A DNA stretch of 64,000 nucleotides, from NCBI GenBank assembly GCA_963791015.1, contig CAWBQX010000006.1:135465-199464 (forward strand), written 5' to 3'. Both the position numbers and the translations under genes were made by a program. Positions 1 through 10,417 of the stretch are shown here, one piece after another (within the stretch, counting starts at the first letter, position 1; each line of letters starts with the position of its first letter). The notes beneath the pieces were generated by a model. That model made no database searches and was not told where the DNA came from. It saw only the letters and a program-made list of their open reading frames with translations. Source of the DNA: an uncultured Acidimicrobiaceae bacterium (GTDB taxonomy: Bacteria; Actinomycetota; Acidimicrobiia; Acidimicrobiales; RAAP-2).

Positions 1-1
1 T

Positions 2-586
2 GTCTTTCTCGTCTTCGAAGGCGTTGACGTCAGCGGCAAGAGCACCCAGGCCCGGCGCATCGCCGAGTTGCACGACGCACTCTTTACCTTCGAACCGGGC
101 GACACGCCACTCGGCGTGGGTCTGCGCCACCTCGTGTTGGACGCGGCCACGCCGATGGAGCCCGTGACCGAGGCGCTCATGATGCTGACCGACCGCTCGC
201 ACCACGTCGCGAGCGTCATCGAGCCCGCACTTCGCGCGGGACGCTCGGTGGTGAGCGACCGATTCTTCGCGTCGACTCTCGCCTACCAGGGGTACGGACG
301 AGGGGTCGACCTGGACCTGCTGCGATCGGCCAGTCGCCTGGCGATTGGCTCGTGTGTGCCCGACGCGACGATCCTTCTAGACCTGCCGATCGAAGCGGTC
401 AATGAGCGCCGAGCCCACGACAAGAGGGACCGATTCGAGTCAGCCGACCTCGCATTCCACGAGCGCGTGCGTGAGGGATACCTCGAACTGGCCGAGCGCG
501 ACGGATGGATTGTGGTGGACGCTGGGCCCAGCATCGAGGTCGTGGCGACAGTCATTGACCAACACGTCGCCCACATACTCTGGTGA
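2..586 (+). CDS. tmk: thymidylate kinase, 5' end cut by window edge
   Basis: Frame of ORF 68..586 stays open back to nt 2 and reads VFLVFEGVDVSGKSTQ (dTMP kinase P-loop); later DRF.AS.LAYQG motif; followed by holB as is typical. Confidence 0.85.
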   Translation, partial: VFLVFEGVDVSGKSTQARRIAELHDALFTFEPGDTPLGVGLRHLVLDAATPMEPVTEALMMLTDRSHHVASVIEPALRAGRSVVSDRFFASTLAYQGYGRGVDLDLLRSASRLAIGSCVPDATILLDLPIEAVNERRAHDKRDRFESADLAFHERVREGYLELAERDGWIVVDAGPSIEVVATVIDQHVAHILW

Positions 587-587
587 C

Positions 588-1664
588 ATGAGCGACGTCT
601 TTGACACGTTGGTGGGTCAAGAGCGCGCCGCGAATGCCCTTCGCCAGTACGCACGCCACCCGGTGCACGCCTATCTGTTCAGTGGGCCGAGCGAGGCGAG
701 TGTGCACGACGCCCTGATCGCCTTCGCGGCCGCCCTGCAGTGTCCACGGCATGGTTGTGGGACCTGCGAGGTGTGTCGATTGGTGCTCGATGGCGCCGAC
801 GCCGACGTATACGTCGCCCAGCGCGCGGGCGCGTCGTGGCGAGTGGAGGAGATCCGAGACATCGAGCGCGCCGCCCGTCGTCGCCCACTCGGCGCGGGCT
901 ATCAGATCGTCGTGATGGAGGACGTCGACCTCACGACAACCGGCACCTCGCCGAGTGCGACCGCACTTCTAAAGACGCTCGAAGAGCCGCCCGGTCGCAC
1001 GATCTTCCTGCTGAGTGCCGTCGAGGTCGTCGACGAACTCGACACTGTTGCTTCGCGGTGCGTTGAAGTGAGACTGCGCGCACTGAGCGACGCGGACGTG
1101 GCCCAAATCCTCATGAATGAAGGGGCCGCGCGCGAGGTGGCCGAGGACGCGGCCGCCGCCGCGAATGGCAACCTGCGTCGGGCGCGCATACTCGTGGGCG
1201 ACAGCGATCTCGCCGAGCGTATGGCGACGTGGCGCGCGGTACCGGACCGCCTCACGGGACAGCCCGCGGACTCGACGCGCGTGGCCAAGGAACTGGCCGC
1301 GTCCATCGACGAAGCAATGGGCCCATTGGAGCGTCTCCAACACGACGAGTGGGAACGTCGGGCCAGCGACGCGCGCGAACTGGGGCAACGCGCCGCGAGC
1401 AAACGCGACGTCGATGCGCAGTTCCGGCGCGAGCAGCGGCGGTTTCGACTCGATGAGTTGCGCTTCGGTCTGAGCACGCTCACCGGCGTCTACCGCGAGC
1501 GACTGGTGGAGAACGTCGAGGCCGATGACGCGCGTAGCGACTATCGGGTGGGCGCGTCGCTGCGCGCCATCGACGCGCTCGCCGAAGCGAACCGGCGCCT
1601 CGAGACGAACTTGGATGAGTCGCTCCTGCTCAACGACCTGATGTTGTCGCTGATGGACTTTTAG
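588..1664 (+). CDS. holB: DNA polymerase III delta-prime subunit
   Basis: ATG at 588, 1 nt after the tmk TGA (584-586); MSDVFDTLVGQERA..HAYLFSGP.. and CGTCEVC zinc module are typical of HolB. The upstream part of ORF 402..1664 overlaps tmk and is not coding. Confidence 0.8.
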   Translation: MSDVFDTLVGQERAANALRQYARHPVHAYLFSGPSEASVHDALIAFAAALQCPRHGCGTCEVCRLVLDGADADVYVAQRAGASWRVEEIRDIERAARRRPLGAGYQIVVMEDVDLTTTGTSPSATALLKTLEEPPGRTIFLLSAVEVVDELDTVASRCVEVRLRALSDADVAQILMNEGAAREVAEDAAAAANGNLRRARILVGDSDLAERMATWRAVPDRLTGQPADSTRVAKELAASIDEAMGPLERLQHDEWERRASDARELGQRAASKRDVDAQFRREQRRFRLDELRFGLSTLTGVYRERLVENVEADDARSDYRVGASLRAIDALAEANRRLETNLDESLLLNDLMLSLMDF

Positions 1665-1708
1665 TCGATAAGGGTCAGCGAAGTCGATCGGCTAAAGTGG
1701 CTCTCTGC

Positions 1709-1784
1709 GCCTGGGTAGCTCAGTCGGTAGAGCAGCGCATTCGTAATGCGCAGGTCAGGAGTTCGAATCTCCTCCCAGGCTCCA
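1709..1784 (+). tRNA. tRNA-Thr (anticodon CGT), CCA encoded
   Basis: Hand-folded cloverleaf: acceptor GCCTGGG/CCCAGGC, D stem GCTC/GAGC, anticodon stem GCGCA/TGCGC with loop TTCGTAA, T stem AGGAG/CTCCT with loop TTCGAAT, discriminator T plus CCA. Confidence 0.9.
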
Positions 1785-1890
1785 TTGAGAGTCGCACAGC
1801 ACGTCATCGCTACCCGACACAACGTGACGAATCAAGGAACCTAAGCCAATTCAAAGCCAGCGCCATCGCGCGAATTGAATCGATATAGGG

Positions 1891-3135
1891 GTGTCGATAG
1901 GCTCGCTGGCAGAGGGGGAGGATAGATCGTTGGCATCGAAGCTAGGCGAGGTCCGCGCCGCTACCGAGGGGTCGACGAGTAACTTCGCGGTCCGACTCGA
2001 GCACGTCACCAAAAAGTACAAGTCGATGGTCGCCGTCGACGACTTGTCACTCGAGCTCGCCCAGGGCGAGTTCTTTGCCCTCCTAGGCCCGTCGGGTTGT
2101 GGCAAGACCACCACCCTGCGCATGGTCGGCGGATTTGATCAGCCGACGTCGGGCAAGATCTTCTTGGGCGGCGAGGACATCACGTGGACGCCGCCCTACC
2201 GGCGCGACGTCAACACCGTGTTCCAGTCCTACGCGCTTTTTCCCCACCTCAGCGTCTTTGACAACGTCGCGTTCGGACTTCGCCGACGCGGCGTCGACAA
2301 GAGCGAGGTCAAGGAGCTCGTGGAAGAGCACCTGGAACTGGTGAGCTTGGGGTCATTCGGTCCTCGGCCCGCCACACAACTTTCCGGCGGCCAGCAACAG
2401 CGAGTTGCCCTGGCGCGCGCACTGGTGAACCGGCCCCGCGTGCTGTTGCTGGACGAGCCCATGGGCGCCCTGGACGCCAAGATTCGAAAGACCATGCAGA
2501 TCGAGTTGAAGAAGATTCAGCGCGAAGTGGGCATCACCTTCTTATACGTCACCCACGACCAGGACGAAGCAATGGCGCTGGGCGACCGCTTGGCGGTCAT
2601 GCACAGTGGAAAGTACGAAGATTTAGGCGAGCCTCAGCGCGTCTACGACCAGCCCGCCACCCAGTTTGTGGCGCAGTTCTTGGGAACGTGCAACCTCTTT
2701 CCCGTCACGCCCGCGCAAGGCGTGCTGACCCTGCCCGACGGGGCCACCATCGGCGCGCGTCCGGGCGTGATGTCTGGTTCGCCCCAGCTCATCCGACAGG
2801 TGGGCGTGCGGCCCGAAAAGGTTCAGCTGACGCCGGCCGATCGCCCAATGTCTGCACCGTCAGATGAGATCAACCGCGTGAACGCCACGGTGGATTCCGT
2901 GGTGTATCTCGGGGCAACTTCGGAGTACGGCCTCACGACCCCCTGGGGCGGGCGGGTTCACGTCCTTGCCCAAAACATCAACGACTCAGACCGCCACCGT
3001 CCGGGCGACAAGGTCGTCGCCACCTGGCTCGTGGAACACGGCTTCGCCCTGCCTGCCGACGACTCCGCGTCGCTCGCCGATTCAGACGTTGAGGACATGG
3101 CGAGCGAGGAGAAGGAAGTCTCGGGTGTCGACTGA
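1891..3135 (+). CDS. potA: polyamine-type ABC transporter ATP-binding protein (PotA-like)
   Basis: Walker [10 protein letters not shown], signature [15 protein letters not shown], Walker B LLLDEP, C-terminal regulatory/TOBE-like extension; precedes binding protein and two permeases. Confidence 0.85.
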   Translation: MSIGSLAEGEDRSLASKLGEVRAATEGSTSNFAVRLEHVTKKYKSMVAVDDLSLELAQGEFFALLGPSGCGKTTTLRMVGGFDQPTSGKIFLGGEDITWTPPYRRDVNTVFQSYALFPHLSVFDNVAFGLRRRGVDKSEVKELVEEHLELVSLGSFGPRPATQLSGGQQQRVALARALVNRPRVLLLDEPMGALDAKIRKTMQIELKKIQREVGITFLYVTHDQDEAMALGDRLAVMHSGKYEDLGEPQRVYDQPATQFVAQFLGTCNLFPVTPAQGVLTLPDGATIGARPGVMSGSPQLIRQVGVRPEKVQLTPADRPMSAPSDEINRVNATVDSVVYLGATSEYGLTTPWGGRVHVLAQNINDSDRHRPGDKVVATWLVEHGFALPADDSASLADSDVEDMASEEKEVSGVD

Positions 3136-4372
3136 GGATCCCGCCAGCGCAGCCCACTTGGATCCTGCGCTTCTGCGTGGGCTCACCCAGCGCCGGCTCT
3201 CGCGACGCTCCGCGCTGAAAACAATCGGCGCCGGTGCGGGACTGGCTGGCATGTCCGCCCTGCTGGCGGCGTGTGGCATCGAAGGCTCGGCGGCTCGCGA
3301 GAGCGATCGTCTCGTCGACTGGGCGGGCTACTGGAAAGACCAGAAGAAAACCGGCCAACTGAACTTCGCCAACTGGCCCTTGTACATCGACCAAGAGCAC
3401 GGTAAGTCGGAGTCGCTCGAAGACTTCACGAAGGCGACCGGAATCAACGTCGACTACGAGGCCGTGATTCAGGACAATGCGCCGTTCTACGCGGCCATTG
3501 AGCCGCTCCTCCAGGCCCAAGAGGCCACCGGCTACGACATCGTGGTCATGACCAACGGGTGGTACCTCACCCAGTTGATCAGCAATCAGTTTCTCGTCGA
3601 ACTTGACCACTCGAAACTGCCGAACTTCGCCAAATACGCGAGTCCCCTGGTCAAGAGTCCGAACTATGACCCCGGCAATCGCTTCTCGGTGACCTGGCAG
3701 ACCGGTTTCACGGGAATTGCCTACAACTCCAAGATCATTACGCGACCCATCACAAGCTTCAACGACCTGGCCGATCCTGCCTTCAAGGGACACGTCGGGA
3801 TGATGAACGACAACGTAGAGCTCGGCAGCATGGCGCTGTTGCGCATGGGCGTCAAGCCCGAGAACTCGACCTACAAAGACTGGGCCGAGTCAACGACGTG
3901 GTTGAAGAAGCAACGCGAAAACGTACTCGGCTACTACGACCAGAGTTATATCCAGCATCTCGAAAACGAAGACACGTGGATCACTCAGGCGTGGTCGGGC
4001 GACGTCTTCCAGGCGAACCTTTCGGGCTATCCGCACCTCAAGTACGTCGTCCCCGAGGAGGGCCAGATCACCTGGCACGACAACATGCTGATTCCCCGCC
4101 AAGCCCAGAATCCTCTGAGCGCGCTGGCCTGGATGAACTACTACTACACACCCAAGATCGCGGGCATTGTCGAGGACTGGGTGAACTACGTCTGTCCCGT
4201 GCCCGATGCCCAGCAGTACATCAAGGACATCTTGAAGGACCCCGGCGTGGCGAACAGCCCGCTCGTGTTCCCTCCGGCCTCCATCGACAATCGGTCCTAC
4301 ACGTACTTCGTGTACAAGGACTACAACGACTATGAGACCTGGAACAACACCTACAACCCCATCATTGAATGA
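3125..4372 (+). CDS. spermidine/putrescine-type ABC substrate-binding lipoprotein (PotD/PotF-like)
   Basis: GTG at 3125 overlaps the potA stop; twin-arginine-like RRLSRRSALK, hydrophobic segment and lipobox LLAAC; periplasmic binding protein length and pot operon context. Confidence 0.8.
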   Translation: MSTEDPASAAHLDPALLRGLTQRRLSRRSALKTIGAGAGLAGMSALLAACGIEGSAARESDRLVDWAGYWKDQKKTGQLNFANWPLYIDQEHGKSESLEDFTKATGINVDYEAVIQDNAPFYAAIEPLLQAQEATGYDIVVMTNGWYLTQLISNQFLVELDHSKLPNFAKYASPLVKSPNYDPGNRFSVTWQTGFTGIAYNSKIITRPITSFNDLADPAFKGHVGMMNDNVELGSMALLRMGVKPENSTYKDWAESTTWLKKQRENVLGYYDQSYIQHLENEDTWITQAWSGDVFQANLSGYPHLKYVVPEEGQITWHDNMLIPRQAQNPLSALAWMNYYYTPKIAGIVEDWVNYVCPVPDAQQYIKDILKDPGVANSPLVFPPASIDNRSYTYFVYKDYNDYETWNNTYNPIIE

Positions 4373-5298
4373 GCGACGTCGCCCTTCGCCCCACGACGAC
4401 GACCAGCCCGGCGAAATCCCGGCGCCCGAGTTGGCTGCGTCGCCACAGCTCGCCCTATGCGCTCAGCCTGCTCGGCGGCGGGTGGATGCTGGCTTTCTTC
4501 CTTGTGCCTCTGGTCTCGGGGCTCATCGTGTCCCTGGAAACTGGCAATCCGATCTCGGGCTATCACCTCACGTGGAACTGGTCGATCTATAAGCAGCTCT
4601 TCGTTCACTCCGATATTCCCTACACCACGTTCTTTCTTCGATCGCTCTACTACGGTGCCGCCTCGACGGTCATCGCGATCCTCATCGCCTACCCGATGGC
4701 CTACTTCATCGCGTTTAAGGTGAGGGACCGCTGGAAGAGCCCGCTGCTGTTCTTAGTCCTGCTCTCGTTCTTTGTGTCCTTTGTCATCCGCATCGACATG
4801 TGGTCCTTTGTCCTCTCGAACCAGGGCATCGTCATCACGGCTCTGCGTGACATGCACCTGGTGTCCAAGGGTTTCCACATCCTGGGTACGTCGAACGCCG
4901 TGATCGGCGGGGACGTGTATAACAATCTCGCTTTCATGGTGCTGCCGATCTACGTGGCCCTCGAGCGCGTGGATGGGCGAATCCTTGAAGCGGCGCGGGA
5001 CCTGTACTCCAACGGGCGCCAGGTTTTCTTGCGCGTTGTGCTACCGCTCTCGCGCGCGGGCATCTTTGCGGGCATCCTCTTGGTGTTCATCACGACCGTC
5101 GGCGACCCGGTCGTCTCCTCACTGCTCGGCGGGGTCAACACGTACACCATCGGCCAAGCGATCCAGGACTCCTATCTCACGAACCAGCAGTTCAACGTGG
5201 CCGCCGCCCTGTCCACGGCGCTGATGGTGGTTCTCGGCATCATCATGTTCATCTACGCCCGAGTCTTTGGCACTCAGAACATCGAGAACTTGGTGTAG
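4369..5298 (+). CDS. ABC transporter permease (PotB-like)
   Basis: ATGA overlap with upstream stop; multi-TM protein with EAA-type loop (LEAARDLYSNGRQVFLRVVLP). Confidence 0.8.
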   Translation: MSDVALRPTTTTSPAKSRRPSWLRRHSSPYALSLLGGGWMLAFFLVPLVSGLIVSLETGNPISGYHLTWNWSIYKQLFVHSDIPYTTFFLRSLYYGAASTVIAILIAYPMAYFIAFKVRDRWKSPLLFLVLLSFFVSFVIRIDMWSFVLSNQGIVITALRDMHLVSKGFHILGTSNAVIGGDVYNNLAFMVLPIYVALERVDGRILEAARDLYSNGRQVFLRVVLPLSRAGIFAGILLVFITTVGDPVVSSLLGGVNTYTIGQAIQDSYLTNQQFNVAAALSTALMVVLGIIMFIYARVFGTQNIENLV

Positions 5299-6185
5299 TG
5301 ATGGCCACCAGAGAACGCGGATTCGATCGTCGCCAGCACAGCCCGTGGCTGGCGGGCTTTTACTGGCTGATTATTGCGATCACCTTCGTGCCGATCGTCG
5401 TGATGATCCTCTACAGCTTCAACGCCACGCCCACCAGTCGCATCACCTTTTCCTGGTACGGCTTTACGACCTACTGGTATCGCAACCTCACGCAAGTCGA
5501 CGGCCTGACCCACGCCTTCGTGACCTCCATCGAGGTCGCGATCATCTCCGCGTTGATCTCCGTCGCCATCGGCACCCCGCTGTCGATGGCGCTCGCGCGG
5601 TATCGATTCTGGCTCAAGGGGATCATCAGCTCCATGGTCTTTGCCGACATCGCTGCGCCCTCGATCGTGGTGGGCGCCGCCTCGCTCTCGTTCTTTCTCT
5701 CGATCAACCTCAACACCGGCCTGCTCACGATCCTCATCGCCCACATTGCCTTCAACGTGGCGTACGTGGTGGTCGTGGTCCAGGCGCGTCTCTCGGGTAT
5801 GGATACCTCGATTGAGGATGCGGCGCGCGACTTAGGGGCGGGGCCCTTCACCACTTTCACCCGCGTGACGCTGCCTCTGCTGTGGCCCGCGTTGTTAGCG
5901 GCGGGCCTCTTGACCTTTGCGATGTCAATCGATGACTACGTGATCACGAGCTTCGTAGCCGGATCGACTGTCACATTCCCGCTCTTCGTCTACGGTGCGG
6001 CGAAGGTTGGCCTACCGCCGCAGGTGCTGTGCTTTGGCACAATCATCTTCATCGTCGGCCTCGTGGTCGCGGTGGCCAACGGTCTGCTCAACCGCCGTCA
6101 CCTGGGCAAGCGCGCGGCCACCGAAGACGAGGTGGCGGACCTTCCACTGACCCCCGAGAGCGAGAAGGTTCTCGAAGTCGTTTAG
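5298..6185 (+). CDS. ABC transporter permease (PotC-like)
   Basis: Start overlaps previous stop; multi-TM protein; EAA loop IEDAARDLGAGPFTTFTRVTLPLL. Confidence 0.8.
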   Translation: MMATRERGFDRRQHSPWLAGFYWLIIAITFVPIVVMILYSFNATPTSRITFSWYGFTTYWYRNLTQVDGLTHAFVTSIEVAIISALISVAIGTPLSMALARYRFWLKGIISSMVFADIAAPSIVVGAASLSFFLSINLNTGLLTILIAHIAFNVAYVVVVVQARLSGMDTSIEDAARDLGAGPFTTFTRVTLPLLWPALLAAGLLTFAMSIDDYVITSFVAGSTVTFPLFVYGAAKVGLPPQVLCFGTIIFIVGLVVAVANGLLNRRHLGKRAATEDEVADLPLTPESEKVLEVV

Positions 6186-6961
6186 CTGGCGAGGCTGTAC
6201 ACGACTTCCACGTGAACGTTGATCGACTGGGACCCCGCCTGCACGGGCACTTTGTTGGTGCTCGCCGCACTTGCGAACTGGCTGAAGGGGTACACGATTC
6301 CAGTTGACGTGTTCTCTTGATCGATCACCTTCACGATGGCGACCACTGTGGTGCCGCCGCCCCGGGCGATCTGGGCCGCTTCGGTGTGGGCGTTACGGAT
6401 GGCCCGAGCCCGGGCCGCGGCGAGGTACTTCGACTGATTTGAGATCGAGAACGTAATGCCGCTCAGTTGGATGCCGTTGCCAACCGCCTTGGCCGCGGCG
6501 TCGATGGCGGACCCCACTTTGGCGATGTCGTGCGACGTGACGTTGAGGTCATCTTCGGCGGTGAAGTTGATAATGGTGCCGGCCGAGTTGGTGTTGTCGT
6601 AGATGTTGAGCCCCGACGTCTGGAGGTTCTTCTTCGTAATGCCGTTCTTGAGCAGCGTGGCTTCCAGGGCGGCCGTCTTCTGGTTGTTCTCGGCCAACGC
6701 CTCATTGGCGGTGAGGGCCGTCGTCGAGACACCGATCTGAAAGCTGACAGTGTTCGGCGTGCCGGTGACGGTGCCCGAACCGGTGACCGTAATGGTCGCG
6801 GCTCCCGAGGGCGAGCGCGAGTGACCGAGCGTCTCGCCGACGAAGGCGACGCCCGCGATCACGACGGCAAAGACGATGAGAAGCGTCATACGAAGTGTTG
6901 CTGATGCCCCACGAAAGGCGTGAAACGTATGGCTGTTGGTGTCCGGGTCGTGATCGCTCAC
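6182..6961 (-). CDS. SIMPL (DUF541) domain secreted/membrane-anchored protein
   Basis: N-terminal TM helix then a domain with FSISNQ...ARARAIRNAHTEAAQIA, typical of the SIMPL / 26 kDa periplasmic immunogenic protein family. Confidence 0.7.
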   Translation of the reverse strand: MSDHDPDTNSHTFHAFRGASATLRMTLLIVFAVVIAGVAFVGETLGHSRSPSGAATITVTGSGTVTGTPNTVSFQIGVSTTALTANEALAENNQKTAALEATLLKNGITKKNLQTSGLNIYDNTNSAGTIINFTAEDDLNVTSHDIAKVGSAIDAAAKAVGNGIQLSGITFSISNQSKYLAAARARAIRNAHTEAAQIARGGGTTVVAIVKVIDQENTSTGIVYPFSQFASAASTNKVPVQAGSQSINVHVEVVYSLAS

Positions 6962-7054
6962 ACTGTCTCCTTCATCAACACGGACTCTGCCGTGAGACGA
7001 GAATCACTGAGATCGCCGTCTGTCTAAGTCCCTGTCGCGAGGGGCGAATACTTT

Positions 7055-8431
7055 CTAGGAACTTTTGTCGACAAGGGCGCGCACGATGTGCGTGAAGTCA
7101 GCCGAACGCTCTTCCCAGTTTCGATACAGGTCGAAACTGGGTGCAGCCGGCGAGAGCAACACGACGCCACCCTGGCTCAACGAGGCGCGCGCCAGATGCA
7201 CCGCCTCGTCCATGGAGGTCGCGGCGTGCTGGGTGACGTCGTGACAGTGCTGGGTCACGGCGTCGCTGATTCGCAGGCCCGCGTTCCCGATGGTGATGAG
7301 AGTCGTGTCGCGCTCTCGCGCGCACAGCGCGGCCGCGAGTTCTGAATAGTCCACCCCGCGGTCAAAGCCACCTGCGATGAGGGCAAGCGGTTCGTCGCGA
7401 AAGACGTCCAACGCCGCCAGGGTCGGTAACACCGAGGTGGCAAGTCCGTCGTCGACGTAGCGCACGGTCGTGCCGTCACTGCGCTCGTGAGCGACGAGCG
7501 TGAGGCGGCCCGAGAGCGGTTCGAACTCACTCGCGCGAACGCGTACGCGCTCGCGAAGCGCAGACTCGTCGGTGCCGGTGAGGATGGCGACCGCGGCGAG
7601 GGCGAGGGCCACGTTGGAGTCGTTGTGTTCGCCGATGAGCCCGAGCGCGCTCGCCAGGTGCGTCACGTCACTCGCGACGTAGATCAGTTCGCCACCGATC
7701 TCGCTTTCGTGTTCGTGCAGGGTCGGCGAATCGGCCACCAGGGTGCGGTGTACCCCCGCAGCGCGGGTGAGTGAGAGCTTGTCGCGGCGGTACTGCTCGA
7801 GTGAGCCGTGCCAGTCGATGTGGTCCTCGCCCAGTGACGTCACCACCACCACGCGCGGCGCCACATCCAGATCGACGATCTGGAAGCTGGAGACCTCGAG
7901 CACGAGCCAGCCACTCGACGTGTCGACCGCGGGATCGTAGGGCGCGCGACCGATGTTGCCCAGGCGCTGCGCCGTTTCGCCGAGGCAGGTGAGAAAGAAG
8001 GTGATCAGCGCAGTCGTCGTCGACTTGCCCTTGGTCCCGGTGATGGCGACGACGCGTTCCAGGTCGACGTCATGGAGCCAGAGGTTCAACGCGGACGTGA
8101 CGCTCACGCCGTAGTCCTCCAGTTCGAGGACGTCGGCACGGCGACGGGGAATACCCGGACTCTTCAGCACCACCTCGCACGTGAACAGTGCTTCGAGACC
8201 GCCGTGGTCGGTGACGAGCACGTCGTCGCCCAATCCCTCGACGTCGTCGACGATCACCAACTCGGCCGTGCCGCGTAGCAAGTCCACCGCGGCGCGACCT
8301 TCGATGCCGTAGCCGAAGATTCCGACGCGCCTCCCGGCGAGATCAGCGAAGCCAGTGGGCTGGAACACGATCCGTCCCTTGCGGTTCGAGGAGCTCGTCG
8401 AAGCTACGTGATGGTGAGGTGTCGCGGGCAA
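7055..8431 (-). CDS. Mur ligase, MurD paralogue (candidate MurD2, UDP-MurNAc-L-Ala:Glu ligase)
   Basis: Rossmann-like N-terminus VGIFGYGIEGRA, Mur ligase P-loop ITGTKGKSTTT, MurD-like length. Alternative GTG start at 8368. Overlaps the upstream gene; no dcw genes (mraY/ftsW) adjacent. Confidence 0.75.
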   Translation of the reverse strand: MPATPHHHVASTSSSNRKGRIVFQPTGFADLAGRRVGIFGYGIEGRAAVDLLRGTAELVIVDDVEGLGDDVLVTDHGGLEALFTCEVVLKSPGIPRRRADVLELEDYGVSVTSALNLWLHDVDLERVVAITGTKGKSTTTALITFFLTCLGETAQRLGNIGRAPYDPAVDTSSGWLVLEVSSFQIVDLDVAPRVVVVTSLGEDHIDWHGSLEQYRRDKLSLTRAAGVHRTLVADSPTLHEHESEIGGELIYVASDVTHLASALGLIGEHNDSNVALALAAVAILTGTDESALRERVRVRASEFEPLSGRLTLVAHERSDGTTVRYVDDGLATSVLPTLAALDVFRDEPLALIAGGFDRGVDYSELAAALCARERDTTLITIGNAGLRISDAVTQHCHDVTQHAATSMDEAVHLARASLSQGGVVLLSPAAPSFDLYRNWEERSADFTHIVRALVDKSS

Positions 8432-9656
8432 TCTCGACGAGTCGCGGCACGTCGCGCCACTCGTCCATGTGGCAGACCTTGCTCAAGGCGACCGCGCTCT
8501 CGTCGGGGTCGCCGACGCACTCGAAGGGTTTGGCCTCGGCGCCGAGTCCCACTAGTACGCGCAACTGTTCGTCGCGCGCGGTATCGCTCAGTGGTTCGTG
8601 GCCGAAGATCCCTCGCAACGTTCCGCGCGACATGTGCGGCGCCAGAACCAAGTTGATGAACAGACACTTATCGCACGTACCGCACCACGAGCTTTCGCGC
8701 TGGTCGACGCTCTGGCGAAAGGCCCGGTTGCAACTGCGAAAAACGTGATGATACGCGGGCAGTTGACTGAAGACCTGGGCGACCCAGATCTCGCTACGCG
8801 CGCGCAGGAAGCTCGCCACCGTGAGGTGATCGCCCAGTCGCTCGTTGAGCGCGTCGCCGATGAGGACTTCGGCGGCGAGGGACTTGCTCCACTGGTGATT
8901 GACTTCAAGGCCAGACCACTCAAGGTTGGGTATCGAGGCCGAGTGCTCGTTGCTCATTACCACGCCGCCGCGACCTGAGGCCACTGCCGCGATGGCGCAC
9001 AGCAAAGTGATCATCCCCGTCACCGGGACGTGGCCGTGGAAAAAGGAGTCCCCGCCGGTCAGGAGTTGGCTATCAAGGTGGCGGGTGGCGCGCACAATCG
9101 GTCGCCCGGTTTGAGCGGCGGTCGCTTCGAGCGGCGCGAAGCGACCAGTCGAGGGACTCACGATGAAGAGCGATGTGTCGAGGTCGGGAGAGAGCGACTC
9201 CACGGTCACCACCGAGTCAATGCCGCCGCCAAAAGGAACGAGGACGCGTTTTGTGTCGAGGCTAACCAGGGTCTCGGTGATCGGGCCACCCCCGTCGATC
9301 GTGACGTCATCTAGGGGCAGATCGTTGTGATAGGAGAACTCGCCGAGGCCGTCTCGCAGGGCCGCCTCCAGCAGGCGACGTCCGGCGACGCCGAGCGGTG
9401 TCGAGCCGACGTCGATGCGCCGGGCGGCGCCGGTCTTGTAGTACGAGAGACCCGCCAGGAGGAACCACAGTTCGGCCACCGAGCGAACGGCGGGCGTGTT
9501 CAGGGTGGCGACGCCTTCAAACTCCACCGTTTCGGTAAAGACTCGTCCGTCCATCTCGTAGGTGCCCTGCACCGTCGTCTCGTCAAGATCAAGTCCGACG
9601 TAGCGGAACAACTCGGCTCGCCGTGGAGTAATCGTCTCGCTCATCGCCGACCTCAT
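8343..9656 (-). CDS. MurL-like protein (candidate UDP-MurNAc-L-Ala-L-Glu epimerase); otherwise a conserved hypothetical PP-loop-like protein
   Basis: ATG at 9656 forms an ATGA overlap with the pgeF stop (alternative ATG 9644). FGGGIDS resembles the SGGxDS PP-loop; C-terminal CGTCDKC motif; coupled to the MurD paralogue. Family assignment is from memory and context only. Confidence 0.55.
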   Translation of the reverse strand: MRSAMSETITPRRAELFRYVGLDLDETTVQGTYEMDGRVFTETVEFEGVATLNTPAVRSVAELWFLLAGLSYYKTGAARRIDVGSTPLGVAGRRLLEAALRDGLGEFSYHNDLPLDDVTIDGGGPITETLVSLDTKRVLVPFGGGIDSVVTVESLSPDLDTSLFIVSPSTGRFAPLEATAAQTGRPIVRATRHLDSQLLTGGDSFFHGHVPVTGMITLLCAIAAVASGRGGVVMSNEHSASIPNLEWSGLEVNHQWSKSLAAEVLIGDALNERLGDHLTVASFLRARSEIWVAQVFSQLPAYHHVFRSCNRAFRQSVDQRESSWCGTCDKCLFINLVLAPHMSRGTLRGIFGHEPLSDTARDEQLRVLVGLGAEAKPFECVGDPDESAVALSKVCHMDEWRDVPRLVEIARDTSPSRSFDELLEPQGTDRVPAHWLR

Positions 9657-10417
9657 GCTACGGCTCGCTTCGCCACCACGGAGAAGCGTCCGCACGGTCG
9701 TTGTGCGCGATCGCTAAAGAACACCGCACCGCCGTCAGTGACCTCGCGGCTCAGCGCGATGCGGTCCTCCGCGACTCCGGCATCGATGAGTTGACGAGTG
9801 GCGACGAGGCGCAGATCAAGACGAGACCGATCCCCGCCATCGGCGAACACGGCGCCGTCAATATGGGCAAACGCCTCGGCGACCTCGGGACCAACCTGGT
9901 AGCTCTCCCTCGATATCGATGGCCCAATAAATACGTGGGCATCGGTCGGTGAGAGCTCGTCGAGTGTGCGCGCGATCACTCCGGCCGCCAGTCCGCGCCA
10001 GCCCGCGTGCACGACCGCGACCCTTCCGGACGACTCATCGGCGAGGACCAGGGGAACACAGTCCGCGACCAACATGGCGATCGCGAGTGAGGGGTCCCCG
10101 CTCACCAGGGCGTCGGCTTCGTCACCCGCCGACGCATGCTCGGCATCGAGAACGCGGTCGCCGTGCACTTGACGGACCGTGACGAAGCGGTCGAGCTCGA
10201 CGCCGGCGGCTCGGGCCACTCGCCAGCGGTTCTCACTCACGTGATCTGGTCGGTCGCCGACGTGTTCGCCGAGATTGAGCGAGTCGAAGGGTCCCGAACT
10301 GACGCCGCCAAAGCGGTCCGTGACGAACGCGTCGACACCGATCGCGGCGAGGTTCTGCGCGGGATAGACCGTGAGTGTCCCACGCTGCTCGGCGATGAGG
10401 ACTAGTTCTCGTGGCAC
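9653..10417 (-). CDS. pgeF: peptidoglycan editing factor / YfiH (DUF152) family protein
   Basis: FVTDRFGGVS...NLG, VADCVPLVL, VVHAGWRGL motifs of the YfiH/PgeF family. Confidence 0.8.
   Translation of the reverse strand: MPRELVLIAEQRGTLTVYPAQNLAAIGVDAFVTDRFGGVSSGPFDSLNLGEHVGDRPDHVSENRWRVARAAGVELDRFVTVRQVHGDRVLDAEHASAGDEADALVSGDPSLAIAMLVADCVPLVLADESSGRVAVVHAGWRGLAAGVIARTLDELSPTDAHVFIGPSISRESYQVGPEVAEAFAHIDGAVFADGGDRSRLDLRLVATRQLIDAGVAEDRIALSREVTDGGAVFFSDRAQRPCGRFSVVAKRAVA

Noticed and set aside
402-587. Long N-terminal extensions offered by the ORF track (402.., 2966.., 17519.., 18563.., 47401.., 49134-49478, 56811..)
   Set aside because: The extensions overlap the preceding gene or its antisense and read as Arg/Ser/Thr/Pro-rich junk. 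Conserved N-termini begin at internal ATG/GTG codons placed next to the upstream stop.
1785-1890. Region downstream of tRNA-Thr(CGT) checked for an att-like repeat or integrase remnant
   Set aside because: No repeat of the tRNA 3' end and no mobile-element coding potential. potA starts at 1891.
6962-7054. Intergenic region after the MurD paralogue searched for a terminator or small RNA
   Set aside because: Only a 4-bp stem (CCCT..AGGG) is present, with no convincing structure or conserved motif.
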